Positions 48,852 through 58,668 of a DNA stretch of 64,000 bases are shown here, in pieces. Positions within the stretch are counted from its first letter, which is position 1. Each line of letters opens with the position of its first letter. The notes under the pieces were generated by a model, which worked only from the letters and a program-made list of their open reading frames with translations, was not told the DNA's origin and did no database searches. Origin of the DNA: a virus; the IMG/VR virus record IMGVR_UViG_3300028569_002586, positions 64,001 through 128,000 of that record; one strand, 5' to 3'. The translations under genes were made by a program, and so were the position numbers.

Positions 48852-49758
48852 TAAACCTACAAAAGCTACATTAGAATATTGTAAGTTTACAGATTGGAAA
48901 TTCATTATTGTGGGTGATTTGAAGACACCACATGATGAGTATCTTGCTCTTGAAAAGAAGTATAATGTTGAATACTTGTCACCTGAAAAGCAAGAAAAAC
49001 TATATAAAGACATTAGCGACATAATTGGATGGAAGACCATTCAGAGAAGAAACATAGGCTTTATTGAAGCATACAATCAAGGCGCCCAAGTTATTGCTAC
49101 CGTTGACGATGATAATATTCCCTACAGCCATTGGGGTAAAAATATTCTAGTTGACAAAGAGATTGAAGTTGATGTTTACGATCCAAAAGACCATGACATT
49201 TTTGACCCTCTTTCAGTTACAGATTCGAATCATGTATGGCATAGAGGATTTCCAATTGACTACCTGCAGAAAAGACATAATGTTGAGTACAAAGGAAAAG
49301 CTTTTCGAAAAATCTTAGCTCAAGCTGATCTTTGGGATGGTGATCCTGATATTGATGCTATAGCTAGATTGACTCATAAACCAATAGTTAAGTATTCTGA
49401 AATCACTGCCCCTTATTGCAGTAACTTCAGATCACCATTTAACAGCCAAAATACATTCATATCCAGATCAGCTCTAAAATACTATAGCGTATGGCCACAT
49501 GTAGGCAGAATGGATGACATTTGGGCAAGTTATTACTTCCAACAAAAATTTCCTAACAGCTTAATATACAATACTGCTTCTGTTTATCAGGAAAGAAATA
49601 TTCAAGATCTTATAACAAACCTAGAGAAGGAGATCATAGGATACAGAAATACTCTCAACTTCACCAAACTACTAGAAACCACAGAAGTAAAAGACATACC
49701 CTTTGTACCACAAGCTACCAAAGACTTTATAGTTGAATACGAGAAACATTTCAATTAA
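48823..49758 (+). CDS. STELLO/RGP-like (DUF288/GT75-type) glycosyltransferase
   Basis: TTTIN.PT, VGDLKTP, RRNIGF, VDDDN, WHRGFP, DPDIDA, FNSQNT, RMDDIW. Confidence 0.78.
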   Translation: MKYIVTTTINKPTKATLEYCKFTDWKFIIVGDLKTPHDEYLALEKKYNVEYLSPEKQEKLYKDISDIIGWKTIQRRNIGFIEAYNQGAQVIATVDDDNIPYSHWGKNILVDKEIEVDVYDPKDHDIFDPLSVTDSNHVWHRGFPIDYLQKRHNVEYKGKAFRKILAQADLWDGDPDIDAIARLTHKPIVKYSEITAPYCSNFRSPFNSQNTFISRSALKYYSVWPHVGRMDDIWASYYFQQKFPNSLIYNTASVYQERNIQDLITNLEKEIIGYRNTLNFTKLLETTEVKDIPFVPQATKDFIVEYEKHFN

Positions 49759-49767
49759 AATTTAACA

Positions 49768-50760
49768 ATGAAAACAGCATTAGTATTAGGTGCAGGTGGG
49801 TTTATAGGCAGCCATCTTGTTACAAGATTAAAAGAGAATGGTTATTTTGTTCGTGGTGTTGATTTAAAACTTCCAGAATATTCAGGATCCACAGCTAATG
49901 AATTCATACTTGGTGATTTGCGCAACCAGCCTTTTGTTGATAAGATTTTAAACATCAATTGTAATGCACAAGACAAACAAGCAGTACCTTTTGATGAGGT
50001 TTATCAGTTAGCTGCTGATATGGGTGGTGCAGGCTATATATTCTCTGGTGATCATGATGCAGATGTGATGCATAATTCAGCTACCATAAATCTTAATGTT
50101 GCTGATGTTTGCAAAAGACACGGTGTTAAGAAAGTTTTTTATAGTAGTAGCGCTTGCATGTATCCAGAGCACAATCAGCTTGATCCTAACAATCCAAACT
50201 GTGAAGAAAGCTCAGCTTACCCAGCCAATCCTGATAGTGAATATGGTTGGGAAAAGCTTTTTAGTGAGCGTCTCTTTTTAGCTTACAAGAGAAATTATAA
50301 TTTAAATGTCTGTATAGCAAGATTTCATAACATCTTTGGCCTACAAGGCTCCTGGAGCAATGGCAAAGAAAAGGCACCTGCTGCTATCTGCAGAAAAGTA
50401 GCAGAAGCAAAAGATGGCGGTGAAATTGAGATTTGGGGAGACGGTGAACAGACAAGAAGCTTTCTGTACATTGACGAGTGTTTGGATGGTATATTGAAGC
50501 TAATGTCCTCTGATTTCACTGGCCCAGTAAACATTGGCTCAGAACAAAGAGTTACTATCAATCAATTGGTAGACATTGCTTGTGATATTGCAGGCAAAAA
50601 GCTAATCAAAAAACACATCAAAGGACCCACAGGTGTAAGGGGTCGCAATTCAGACAACAAGCTCATTAAAGAAAAATTAAATTGGGCACCTTCGCAGGAT
50701 CTTAGAATTGGCTTGGAAAAGACATACAATTGGATTAACAGTCAAGTTCACAGCAGTTGA
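49768..50760 (+). CDS. GDP-mannose 3,5-epimerase-like SDR
   Basis: GAGGFIG, LAADMGGAG, SSACMYP, YGWEKL, RFHNIFG, EKAPAA.CRK, GVRGRNSDN. Confidence 0.9.
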   Translation: MKTALVLGAGGFIGSHLVTRLKENGYFVRGVDLKLPEYSGSTANEFILGDLRNQPFVDKILNINCNAQDKQAVPFDEVYQLAADMGGAGYIFSGDHDADVMHNSATINLNVADVCKRHGVKKVFYSSSACMYPEHNQLDPNNPNCEESSAYPANPDSEYGWEKLFSERLFLAYKRNYNLNVCIARFHNIFGLQGSWSNGKEKAPAAICRKVAEAKDGGEIEIWGDGEQTRSFLYIDECLDGILKLMSSDFTGPVNIGSEQRVTINQLVDIACDIAGKKLIKKHIKGPTGVRGRNSDNKLIKEKLNWAPSQDLRIGLEKTYNWINSQVHSS

Positions 50761-50790
50761 TATTTTAAAATTTTATACTAGAATAGACAT

Positions 50791-51375
50791 ATGATTATTG
50801 ACCAGAAGATCTACGACGGTAACCTGATTCATTCACGATTTGCATACAAGTACTTTAAAGACCGTACGCTCCCCATTGGCAACATTGTTGTTTTCAGAGC
50901 GCCCATGAAAGTGGAAGCTGCAGGCATGATTGACACAGAAGACATTCTTAATAATGATTTCATCTACAGTGATGATGCTATTAACTTTTGCTGGGAAATT
51001 CCTAACCTGGATCCCTTTGGTGCAGTTGCTTGGCAGAGACTTTTCAATACCCAGATAGCAAACATACTTGGCAATACGTATCTCAAAGCACCCATTGAAG
51101 TTGATGGTGATGATTTAATTGTTCACAAGGAACACAATCAAGGTGGCATTGAGCAGAAGAAGGGCAAGTGTAGTGTCAGTATTACATATTCTAAGAACAA
51201 TGTTGCTTTAGGTCATACGGGTATCAATATTGCTGCAGGCAAGAAAGCACCTGCATTTGCTTACTCTACTAATCTTACAGATGAACAAGCAACAGCTTTT
51301 ATGAAGAATGTTATTGATGTATTCTATAGCTTAAATGATGACATCTTTATTGCCACCTCCAAAGTTATTGCTTAA
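50791..51375 (+). CDS. DUF366-like protein (biotin/lipoate ligase-like fold)
   Basis: YDG....S.FAY, MID.ED, I.SDD...F, QRL, DGDDL, K.SVSI, H.GINI. Confidence 0.7.
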   Translation: MIIDQKIYDGNLIHSRFAYKYFKDRTLPIGNIVVFRAPMKVEAAGMIDTEDILNNDFIYSDDAINFCWEIPNLDPFGAVAWQRLFNTQIANILGNTYLKAPIEVDGDDLIVHKEHNQGGIEQKKGKCSVSITYSKNNVALGHTGINIAAGKKAPAFAYSTNLTDEQATAFMKNVIDVFYSLNDDIFIATSKVIA

Positions 51376-51743
51376 TGTCAATATTTGACTTCTTAAAAGA
51401 TATTTTATTCCTCAAGAATAAACAATCTCTTGCCAATGTGGATAATGAGTCTGCATTTTCACCATATATGGTTAACAGATGGTCAAGCATGTATTCAAAT
51501 CAGGTAGCACTAAGATGCAATATCTTGAACAAGTACTTTGCCTTTAGTCCTATAAAGACTGATGTGTTCAATCTCTTCTTTCATTTCCTGCCTAGAGTTG
51601 TACAGAGAAAAATTACTTACTTCAAGAAGACCAAAGAAGAAAAACAGCCGGATAACAACAATGATTTACTTGCTAAATCTCTTGAAGTTTCAACAAGAGA
51701 AGTTGAAAACTACACTGATATGTTGAAAACTCTAAAAAGGTAA
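51375..51743 (+). CDS. Clamp loader small subunit (gp62-like)
   Basis: FDFLKDI, FSPYMVNRW.S, ending S.RE...Y. Confidence 0.7.
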   Translation: MSIFDFLKDILFLKNKQSLANVDNESAFSPYMVNRWSSMYSNQVALRCNILNKYFAFSPIKTDVFNLFFHFLPRVVQRKITYFKKTKEEKQPDNNNDLLAKSLEVSTREVENYTDMLKTLKR

Positions 51744-51755
51744 TTAATTATACAT

Positions 51756-52199
51756 ATGCCTGCAAATATTGACGCACTACCGACACAAAAAAGTTTAATT
51801 GATTTAGCTGAACTGCCCAAAAATTCATTTAACTCTACATTTCTTGGCTTCAATTTGAAGAAGCTGTTAGATGATGTGATGCTTGTTAAGTTTGTTGATG
51901 AATCTACAGATGGTGCTGCTATTATTCGCAATGGGATTCATATCCCAACAAATGCTGATACAAGAGCATGGAGAATTGGTGAAGTCATTCTTGCTGGTCC
52001 TAACGTTAAGCATACAGTGATTGGCGATTTTGTTTGCTTTCCCAACAACCTGGGCATGCCTGTTGCAAACCTGGATGTTGATGGTTATGGCACCTTGAAA
52101 AAAGGTATCTTTTTGAATGAACAGCGCATATTTGGCATATGTTCTGTTAGACAAGAAAAAGATACTATTGCAGCTAACGTGTTAAAGAAGAAGAAATAA
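51756..52199 (+). CDS. GroES-like co-chaperonin
   Basis: LDDVMLV, GIHIP, GEVILAGP.V....GD.V.F, LNEQRIFG. Confidence 0.75.
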   Translation: MPANIDALPTQKSLIDLAELPKNSFNSTFLGFNLKKLLDDVMLVKFVDESTDGAAIIRNGIHIPTNADTRAWRIGEVILAGPNVKHTVIGDFVCFPNNLGMPVANLDVDGYGTLKKGIFLNEQRIFGICSVRQEKDTIAANVLKKKK

Positions 52200-52204
52200 C
52201 CTTC

Positions 52205-52582
52205 ATGAAGGTATCCTTTTCAACACTAAAAACATTAGTGCTTACTAATGTTGTTGAAATAAAGTTTGCGCGCAAGAGACCCAAGGCAGGATTTCCACCC
52301 ACCAGAAGAATGCTTTGCACAAACAGCTTCCCTCTGTTAAATAGCCCGGAAGGTAGATTGGCCCTCAACTTCAAGCCTGCAAAAACAGTGCCCAAGTTTA
52401 ATATGGTGGAAAGAAATGTTTTAATTGTGTGGGATATCTTTATGCAAAATTTCAGGTGTATAAACATGAGTGCTTGTAATTTAATTTCTGTTATTCCAGC
52501 CAATAAAGAATTCTGGAAATATTTCAACCAAAAGCTAGCCAGGCTTTCTGTACAACAAAAAATGGTATTCATGAACAAATGA
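52205..52582 (+). CDS. Hypothetical protein, WYL/Sm-like (DUF2693-type)
   Basis: VEIKF.....G...RRMLCT...VWD.....FR. Confidence 0.5.
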   Translation: MKVSFSTLKTLVLTNVVEIKFARKRPKAGFPPTRRMLCTNSFPLLNSPEGRLALNFKPAKTVPKFNMVERNVLIVWDIFMQNFRCINMSACNLISVIPANKEFWKYFNQKLARLSVQQKMVFMNK

Positions 52583-52926
52583 TTTCTCCTGAAATAGTAG
52601 AAGCGGAAATTGTTAAAAATTTACAAAAAAAAGTAGATTTTATTCTTGAGAATAAAACTCTCAAGACAGGAAAAATTCTTTTATTTTCAGTAAAAGATTT
52701 TTATTGCACATTCTTATTGGATGTAGAGCACAAGAAGAAGAAGATTTTGTATGAAATTCCTTATCCGTATAACTTTGAAAAAGTTAATACAGGTTTCATC
52801 TTTGACTATACACTTGAGACATTCTTTAAAAACAACTCTCATATTGAAGATAATATAAGCATCTTCCGCGGCTCAAAAACTTCTAAAATTTTCAATAAGA
52901 AACTATTATTAAAAATTTATATATAA
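52579..52926 (+). CDS. Hypothetical protein
   Basis: ATGA coupling to the upstream gene. Confidence 0.6.
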   Translation: MISPEIVEAEIVKNLQKKVDFILENKTLKTGKILLFSVKDFYCTFLLDVEHKKKKILYEIPYPYNFEKVNTGFIFDYTLETFFKNNSHIEDNISIFRGSKTSKIFNKKLLLKIYI

Positions 52927-52953
52927 TCCGTGTTTGTAGTATATAATTAACTT

Positions 52954-54585
52954 GTGTTCAGTCGCTATTTAAATCATTTTCCAAAAGAATATAGTCCCTC
53001 TCCACAGCAAATTAAGCTCATTAAGAGTGTGGAGAATGCTTTTAATAAGGGAAAAAAATTTGTAATTGCTTGTGCACCTACTGGATCTGGAAAAAGCTTT
53101 CTTTCCAAAACTATATCCGGACTTGGTCAAAAGCCTTCTGCAGAATTCATCAATCTGATCAAAAGCTACAGCGCCTATAAACAAGACTATACTGGTAACT
53201 ATATAAGTGAGGTTGAATGCATGTCACAGCCCCCCTTTGGTACATTTGCTCTAACTATCACCAAGTCTTTACAAGATCAATATCTCTCACTATTTCCTGA
53301 CACTGATCTTTTGAAAGGTAAGACAAATTACATTTGTGATGTGGATCCAAATTTTGATGTGGAAACTGCACCTTGTTTGTTTGTGAGCTCTTTGAAAGAT
53401 GACTGCTGTAAAGCAAATAGATGCCCCTATTATAATGCAAGAAATACAGCTTTACTTTCTCCCTTTGCAGCACTTAACTACAAAATGTTTCTTGCGCTTC
53501 CAAGACATCTGAAACGCAAAAACTTTATCATATGTGATGAGGCAAGTGAACTTGAAGATGAGCTTGTTAGACAATTCTCTGCAGAAATTAATTACGAACG
53601 TCTTAAAAATTATGGCATAAATTACAGGATACTCACCACAGAGAGTTATGACAAAGCAAGAGCATGGATAAGTGATCTGCTCTTATGTGTGAGTGAAAAG
53701 ATTAATGCACTGTCAACAAAAGCCATCAAAAAGCAAAATGTATTCTCACAACCTGACAGAATCAAACTTCTATATCTCAAGAATCTGTCAAACTCTCTTC
53801 TCATGGTTGATACATTATGGACAGATTGTGAATTTATAATTGACAGAGATTCCAAGCGAGCAGTCTTTACTCCATTAAAGATTAACAGGCTTTCAAAGAA
53901 CATCTTTGACCATGGGGACAATATCTTGCTCATGTCTGCTACAATTATTGATCATAAGAATTTTGCCAAGACACTTGGCATAACAGATTATGAATATGTG
54001 GAAGTTGAGAGTGAGTTTAGTCCCGATAAATCTCCCATCTATGTAACATCAAAAAACAAATTGAACTATAAGAACTATAGAGTGCTCTTACCTGAGATAG
54101 CTGATCAAATAAAAACAATCATAGAACACCACAAGAATGATAAAGGCATCATTCATACTCATAGCCAAGAGATCACCAACATATTGAGAGACAAGCTTAG
54201 AGGAAATAAAAGGTTTCTTTTCAGAGATGAAACGTCAAATAATGAGGCAATTCTCAAGGAACATTATAATACTGATTTTCCTACTATTCTCATGTCACCG
54301 TCTCTTTCTTATGGTGTTGATCTTAAAGATGATCTGGCAAGATTTCAGATTATTGTAAAACTGCCATTTCCACCGCTTTCTGTTAAACGTATCAAGAAAA
54401 TGTTTGATTTGGACAAAGATTGGTATGAGAACAAGATGCTGAATACTCTTGTGCAAGCATGCGGAAGAGCCACAAGAAGTAAAAATGATTTCTCTACTAC
54501 CTATATCCTTGATGGCAATATTGTTAACACTCTCAAAAGAACACGCTCAAAACTACCTCAATCATTTATAGATAGGATAGTTTAA
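52954..54585 (+). CDS. DinG/XPD family helicase
   Basis: APTGSGKS, LQDQY, KGKTNY.C...C...C...CPYY (Fe-S region), DEAS, MSAT, GVD, QACGRATR. Confidence 0.88.
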   Translation: MFSRYLNHFPKEYSPSPQQIKLIKSVENAFNKGKKFVIACAPTGSGKSFLSKTISGLGQKPSAEFINLIKSYSAYKQDYTGNYISEVECMSQPPFGTFALTITKSLQDQYLSLFPDTDLLKGKTNYICDVDPNFDVETAPCLFVSSLKDDCCKANRCPYYNARNTALLSPFAALNYKMFLALPRHLKRKNFIICDEASELEDELVRQFSAEINYERLKNYGINYRILTTESYDKARAWISDLLLCVSEKINALSTKAIKKQNVFSQPDRIKLLYLKNLSNSLLMVDTLWTDCEFIIDRDSKRAVFTPLKINRLSKNIFDHGDNILLMSATIIDHKNFAKTLGITDYEYVEVESEFSPDKSPIYVTSKNKLNYKNYRVLLPEIADQIKTIIEHHKNDKGIIHTHSQEITNILRDKLRGNKRFLFRDETSNNEAILKEHYNTDFPTILMSPSLSYGVDLKDDLARFQIIVKLPFPPLSVKRIKKMFDLDKDWYENKMLNTLVQACGRATRSKNDFSTTYILDGNIVNTLKRTRSKLPQSFIDRIV

Positions 54586-54596
54586 TAAATAATTGA

Positions 54597-55400
54597 GTGA
54601 GAAACATCACATTTCACTTTGAAATAAAAGATCTTATAACTCAGTTTGTTACTGCGTTTGATAATATTATCATAAAACGGTATGATAGTAACAGAGTACC
54701 ACAGAATTTACTGCAAGTGCGATATGTTTACTCTCCCAAACAAAGAGTAATGTATGACCTGGTTAACAAAGCACAAAACCTAACAGTGCCTGTTGTGGCT
54801 GTAAACATCACAAGTGTGAGCAGAGATGAGACCCGGGTTTTCAATAAATTAAATGGCTTTTATTTTTCAAAAGGCACTTCTGATACCAGTGCAAAAAGCA
54901 AGAGTACTTTTGTTGCTTCACCAATACCAGTCAACATTGGCATAAACATGTCCATATTAACCAAGTTTCAATCTGACATGGATCAAATCATAAGCAACTT
55001 TGTTCCATACAACAATCCTTACATCATCATATCTTGGAAAGTGCCTCAAGATTTGGCTGCAGAAGGCTTGTCACCTCTGCAAGAAATTCGTAGTGAAGTT
55101 CTTTGGGATGGTAACATTGCTCTCAGCTACCCAACAGACATTAATGCATCTGACAAATATCGTATTGCAGGAGACACAACATTCATTATCAAGGGATGGC
55201 TGTTTCAAGCTTCAAAGGATAGTGTAAGCAATATATTCTATGTTGATGCTAATTTTTATAATAGTAGAATCATTTCTAATTATGAGACCTTAAGCTCCAT
55301 AGATTATGCAGCTTCACCTTCTGGTGAAATTATATCAACAACTGAGACAGTAAGTGTGTCAGGATTCCCTCAAATAACAAACATTGATTACCAGCTCTAA
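54597..55400 (+). CDS. Tail terminator / sheath stabiliser (gp15-like)
   Basis: F...FDNI.I.R, Y.PKQR, P.PVNI...MSI.TK...DMDQI...F.P, KGWLF; TAAATA 5 nt before GTG. Confidence 0.82.
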   Translation: MRNITFHFEIKDLITQFVTAFDNIIIKRYDSNRVPQNLLQVRYVYSPKQRVMYDLVNKAQNLTVPVVAVNITSVSRDETRVFNKLNGFYFSKGTSDTSAKSKSTFVASPIPVNIGINMSILTKFQSDMDQIISNFVPYNNPYIIISWKVPQDLAAEGLSPLQEIRSEVLWDGNIALSYPTDINASDKYRIAGDTTFIIKGWLFQASKDSVSNIFYVDANFYNSRIISNYETLSSIDYAASPSGEIISTTETVSVSGFPQITNIDYQL

Positions 55401-55401
55401 A

Positions 55402-55731
55402 ATGAATATTATAACTGTAGCTTCAGGGTTAACTGCCAGTATTGCTTTTGAGGGGTATTTTTATGATAAACTGAATGCTGTCTATTTGAGCGCTTCAAAT
55501 GCTTCTGCATTCCCATATGTAAGCGCAGTAAATCTCTTTCCATCCAACACTGCTCTTGCTACTGCATTTCCACCATTCTCCGGTTACCCGTGGCAAAATT
55601 ATACTGTATTAAACAACAATAAACTGTTTGTATACTTCTACAATAACAGTAGTTCTTTATTTGACATCATATTAGTCAATAACGCAGGGTATTCAAAATT
55701 ATCAAGCAGGAATTATCTGCTATCAAGCTAG
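55402..55731 (+). CDS. Hypothetical protein, probably structural
   Basis: S/A/N-rich ORF between gp15 and portal. Confidence 0.55.
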   Translation: MNIITVASGLTASIAFEGYFYDKLNAVYLSASNASAFPYVSAVNLFPSNTALATAFPPFSGYPWQNYTVLNNNKLFVYFYNNSSSLFDIILVNNAGYSKLSSRNYLLSS

Positions 55732-55779
55732 ATAACATATAGATCTTTTAATATTATAGTGTATCATAAATAATACTAT

Positions 55780-57576
55780 ATGGCAGACTCCAATCGTGAA
55801 TCTACGTTCGGCAGGGACTTGATGAAGTTTGTCTCCTCTAAACTACCATATCAATCTGTGGATGTTGCATCAAAAGTTAATGCTCTTAATCCGAAATATG
55901 AACTCTTTTACAGTCAAGGCACCAAATATAACGATGCTCTGTCAAGACAATCCATCTCCAACACAACAACCTATTCAGAAGACTTGTATGCAAATGTTGT
56001 ACAAAATAAAGACTTCCATGAATTCATGTATGCAAATATTCAGCCTGATAAAGGCAGAAGACTCATGGATTACAGGGTCATGGCTGCTTTTGCAGAAGTG
56101 GCAGATGCATTAGATGAAATATGCGATGAATTTATTAACAAAGATGAGAGCGGTGAAGTTGCAAAAGTACAGTTCAGAGATTGTGAACTTTCTGAACAAC
56201 AAAAGAATGAAATAAGAAAAGAGTTTCAAAAGTATGTAGATTTTTTTGATCTAGAAAACAAAGGATGGGAATACTGCAGGCATCTTCTCATTGATGCTGA
56301 ATTGTACTGGGAACACATTGTGCACAAAGATCACAAAGACAAGGGTGTATTAGGCATATTGCAAATACCTTCTGATACAATTGATCCTGTGTATCAAAAT
56401 GTCCAGAACATGAACATCAAGGGTTATTTGTTACGCAAGCCTATTTATGATTCCAAGAACCCTGGAAAAATTGTTAAAACTGAAATGGTTCCAATGGATC
56501 TCAATCAAGTTACATATGTCAATTCTGGCATATGGAATGAATCAAAAACCATAAGACTGCCTTTCATTGAAAATTCTAGAAGAGCTTACAGACAATTATC
56601 TCTCATAGAAGATTCAATCGTTATTTACCGACTGGTCAGAGCACCAGAGCGTCTTGTTTTTAATGTTGATGTGGGCAACATGGCACCACCCAAAGCTGAA
56701 GCTTACCTGCGCAAGTTAATGACAAATTATTGGTCCAAGAGAACATATGATGCAGATCAAGGTGCTTCAGTACAGAAATTTAACCCACAGTCAATGCTGG
56801 ATAGTTTTTGGTTTGCAAAACGTTCTGGTAGTGAAGGTACAACTGTTACCTCGCTGCCTGGTGGACAGAATCTCGGTGAGCTTACAGACTTGATGTACTT
56901 TGTCAAAAAACTTTACAAGAGCTTGAAGGTGCCAGTTAACAGACTTAATCCTGAAGATCAATACAATGATGGTGCAAATATTCTTAGAGAAGAATTAAAA
57001 TTTGCTAGATTTGTTATCCGCTTGCAACAAAGATTTGCTGCTGGCATTACCCCAGGATTCATTACACACCTCAAGTTGAAAGGCATTTTTGACAAGATTA
57101 AGCTAAAAGAATCAAATATAGATATTAATTTCAATGTACCTACAAACTTCTATGAGATAAGAGAGAATCAAAAATTCCAACTCAAGTTTGAAAACTTTAA
57201 TAATATTACACAGAGTGATCTTGTTTCCAAGACATATGCACAAAAGAAATATCTTGGATGGCATGACAGTGACGTCATGGCCAATAGAGAGTTTCTTAGA
57301 AAAGATAAAGAACTTCTCTGGGAGCTTGCTCAAATTGAAAATGCTGGTCCAAATTGGAGAGAAGGCGGTGAAACTGTGCCCGGTGGTGAAGCTGGTGGCG
57401 GAGGAGCAGCTGGTGGTGCATCCATGGCTGCTGGGACACCACCTGCATTTGGCCCTGCTCCTGAAACACCTGAAGCTGGTGGTGCAGAAGGTGAAGGTGC
57501 TGGTGAAACAGGTACAGCAGCTGCAGCTCCTGAAACATCTGCTGGTGGTGGTGGGTCTTCTGCATTGCCCACATAA
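55780..57576 (+). CDS. Portal protein (gp20-like)
   Basis: YR.MA...EV..A, IEDSIVIYRLVRAPER.VF.VDVGN, KAE.Y, LPGGQNLGE, REELKF..F..RLQ. Confidence 0.97.
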   Translation: MADSNRESTFGRDLMKFVSSKLPYQSVDVASKVNALNPKYELFYSQGTKYNDALSRQSISNTTTYSEDLYANVVQNKDFHEFMYANIQPDKGRRLMDYRVMAAFAEVADALDEICDEFINKDESGEVAKVQFRDCELSEQQKNEIRKEFQKYVDFFDLENKGWEYCRHLLIDAELYWEHIVHKDHKDKGVLGILQIPSDTIDPVYQNVQNMNIKGYLLRKPIYDSKNPGKIVKTEMVPMDLNQVTYVNSGIWNESKTIRLPFIENSRRAYRQLSLIEDSIVIYRLVRAPERLVFNVDVGNMAPPKAEAYLRKLMTNYWSKRTYDADQGASVQKFNPQSMLDSFWFAKRSGSEGTTVTSLPGGQNLGELTDLMYFVKKLYKSLKVPVNRLNPEDQYNDGANILREELKFARFVIRLQQRFAAGITPGFITHLKLKGIFDKIKLKESNIDINFNVPTNFYEIRENQKFQLKFENFNNITQSDLVSKTYAQKKYLGWHDSDVMANREFLRKDKELLWELAQIENAGPNWREGGETVPGGEAGGGGAAGGASMAAGTPPAFGPAPETPEAGGAEGEGAGETGTAAAAPETSAGGGGSSALPT

Positions 57577-57584
57577 ATAATTAA

Positions 57585-58667
57585 ATGGCATGCACAGAGA
57601 TAACCCCGGTTTCTGCTTTTCAGAGTACTAATCTCAATAGTAAGATTGCTTCATTCTCACGTCTAAGCGAACGCGTTATGAGGTCTCTTGGAGCTCCTCT
57701 GGTCAATGTAGAAATACATCATGATCAACTGTTTGAAAATATTAGTCTTGCTTGTGAAATGTTTACTAAATTTGCAGGGTACACAGAAGAATATCTTATT
57801 TTTAATTCTGACCTTTATGTTGATAACAAAGGTCTCAAGTTAGACGAGCTCTTCAGCATCACACCCTACTTTAACAAAGTCATTAACCCTGCAAAACCTA
57901 CAGTTTATGCTGCAACTTCTTCCATCCCTGGAACAGCGTTCAGCACATCCTACCTGCTGTCAACAACATATGTTGACGGTATTTTCAAAAATCAAATTCT
58001 CACATCAACTAATTATTTGAGTGTTATAAATTTTGATGCTACACTTTCTGGTTATTTCCTGGCTTCATCCAACAGCAACAAAGAACAAATTGTCAACAGC
58101 TTTGATTATGATATCATGGATTACAGGAAAGTCATGGACATAGTAGACTTTGAAGAAGGCACTAGCACAGGTATTAATACTCTGTTCACCATTGAGCAAA
58201 CTCTTGCTCAACAAACATATTTTAGCTACGCCATGGGTAATTATGGCTTTGATTTAATCAGCTGGTATGTTCTTAAGAACTGGCTGAAAGATCGTGAGAA
58301 GATGTTAGCACAGAGAAGACATTTAACATTTGATGACAGAACACAATACATGGTCATGTTTCCCCCGCCCAGAACACCAGGCTCAGGATCTCAATTCTGG
58401 GGAATAGTTAAATGTTATGTGGAAAGAGCATTGAGAGACATCATCAAAGAGCCTTGGGTGTATCAATATGCTCTTGCATTGAGTAAAATAACCGTTGGCA
58501 ACATACGTGGTAAATATCAAGGCACAAGTCTTTTCGGGGGAGGTCAAATCAATGGCACAGATCTTCTCTCGCAAGGCTTGGCTGAAAAAGAAAAACTTGA
58601 GACTGCTCTGCAAGAAGGGCCCCCAGGGTTCGGTGATGCTGATCCACCCATGTTTTTTGTAGGATAA
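57585..58667 (+). CDS. Neck / head-tail adaptor (gp13-like)
   Basis: R.LGAPLVNVE, WV.QYALAL.K...G..RGKY....L.GG..ING, C-terminal PPMFFVG. Confidence 0.88.
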   Translation: MACTEITPVSAFQSTNLNSKIASFSRLSERVMRSLGAPLVNVEIHHDQLFENISLACEMFTKFAGYTEEYLIFNSDLYVDNKGLKLDELFSITPYFNKVINPAKPTVYAATSSIPGTAFSTSYLLSTTYVDGIFKNQILTSTNYLSVINFDATLSGYFLASSNSNKEQIVNSFDYDIMDYRKVMDIVDFEEGTSTGINTLFTIEQTLAQQTYFSYAMGNYGFDLISWYVLKNWLKDREKMLAQRRHLTFDDRTQYMVMFPPPRTPGSGSQFWGIVKCYVERALRDIIKEPWVYQYALALSKITVGNIRGKYQGTSLFGGGQINGTDLLSQGLAEKEKLETALQEGPPGFGDADPPMFFVG

Positions 58668-58668
58668 A

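Noticed and set aside
57112-57591. Several overlapping ORFs and a GC-rich, repeat-like stretch at the end of the portal gene
   Set aside because: Explained by the Gly/Ala/Pro/Glu low-complexity portal tail; the alternative frames have no promoter or motif support.
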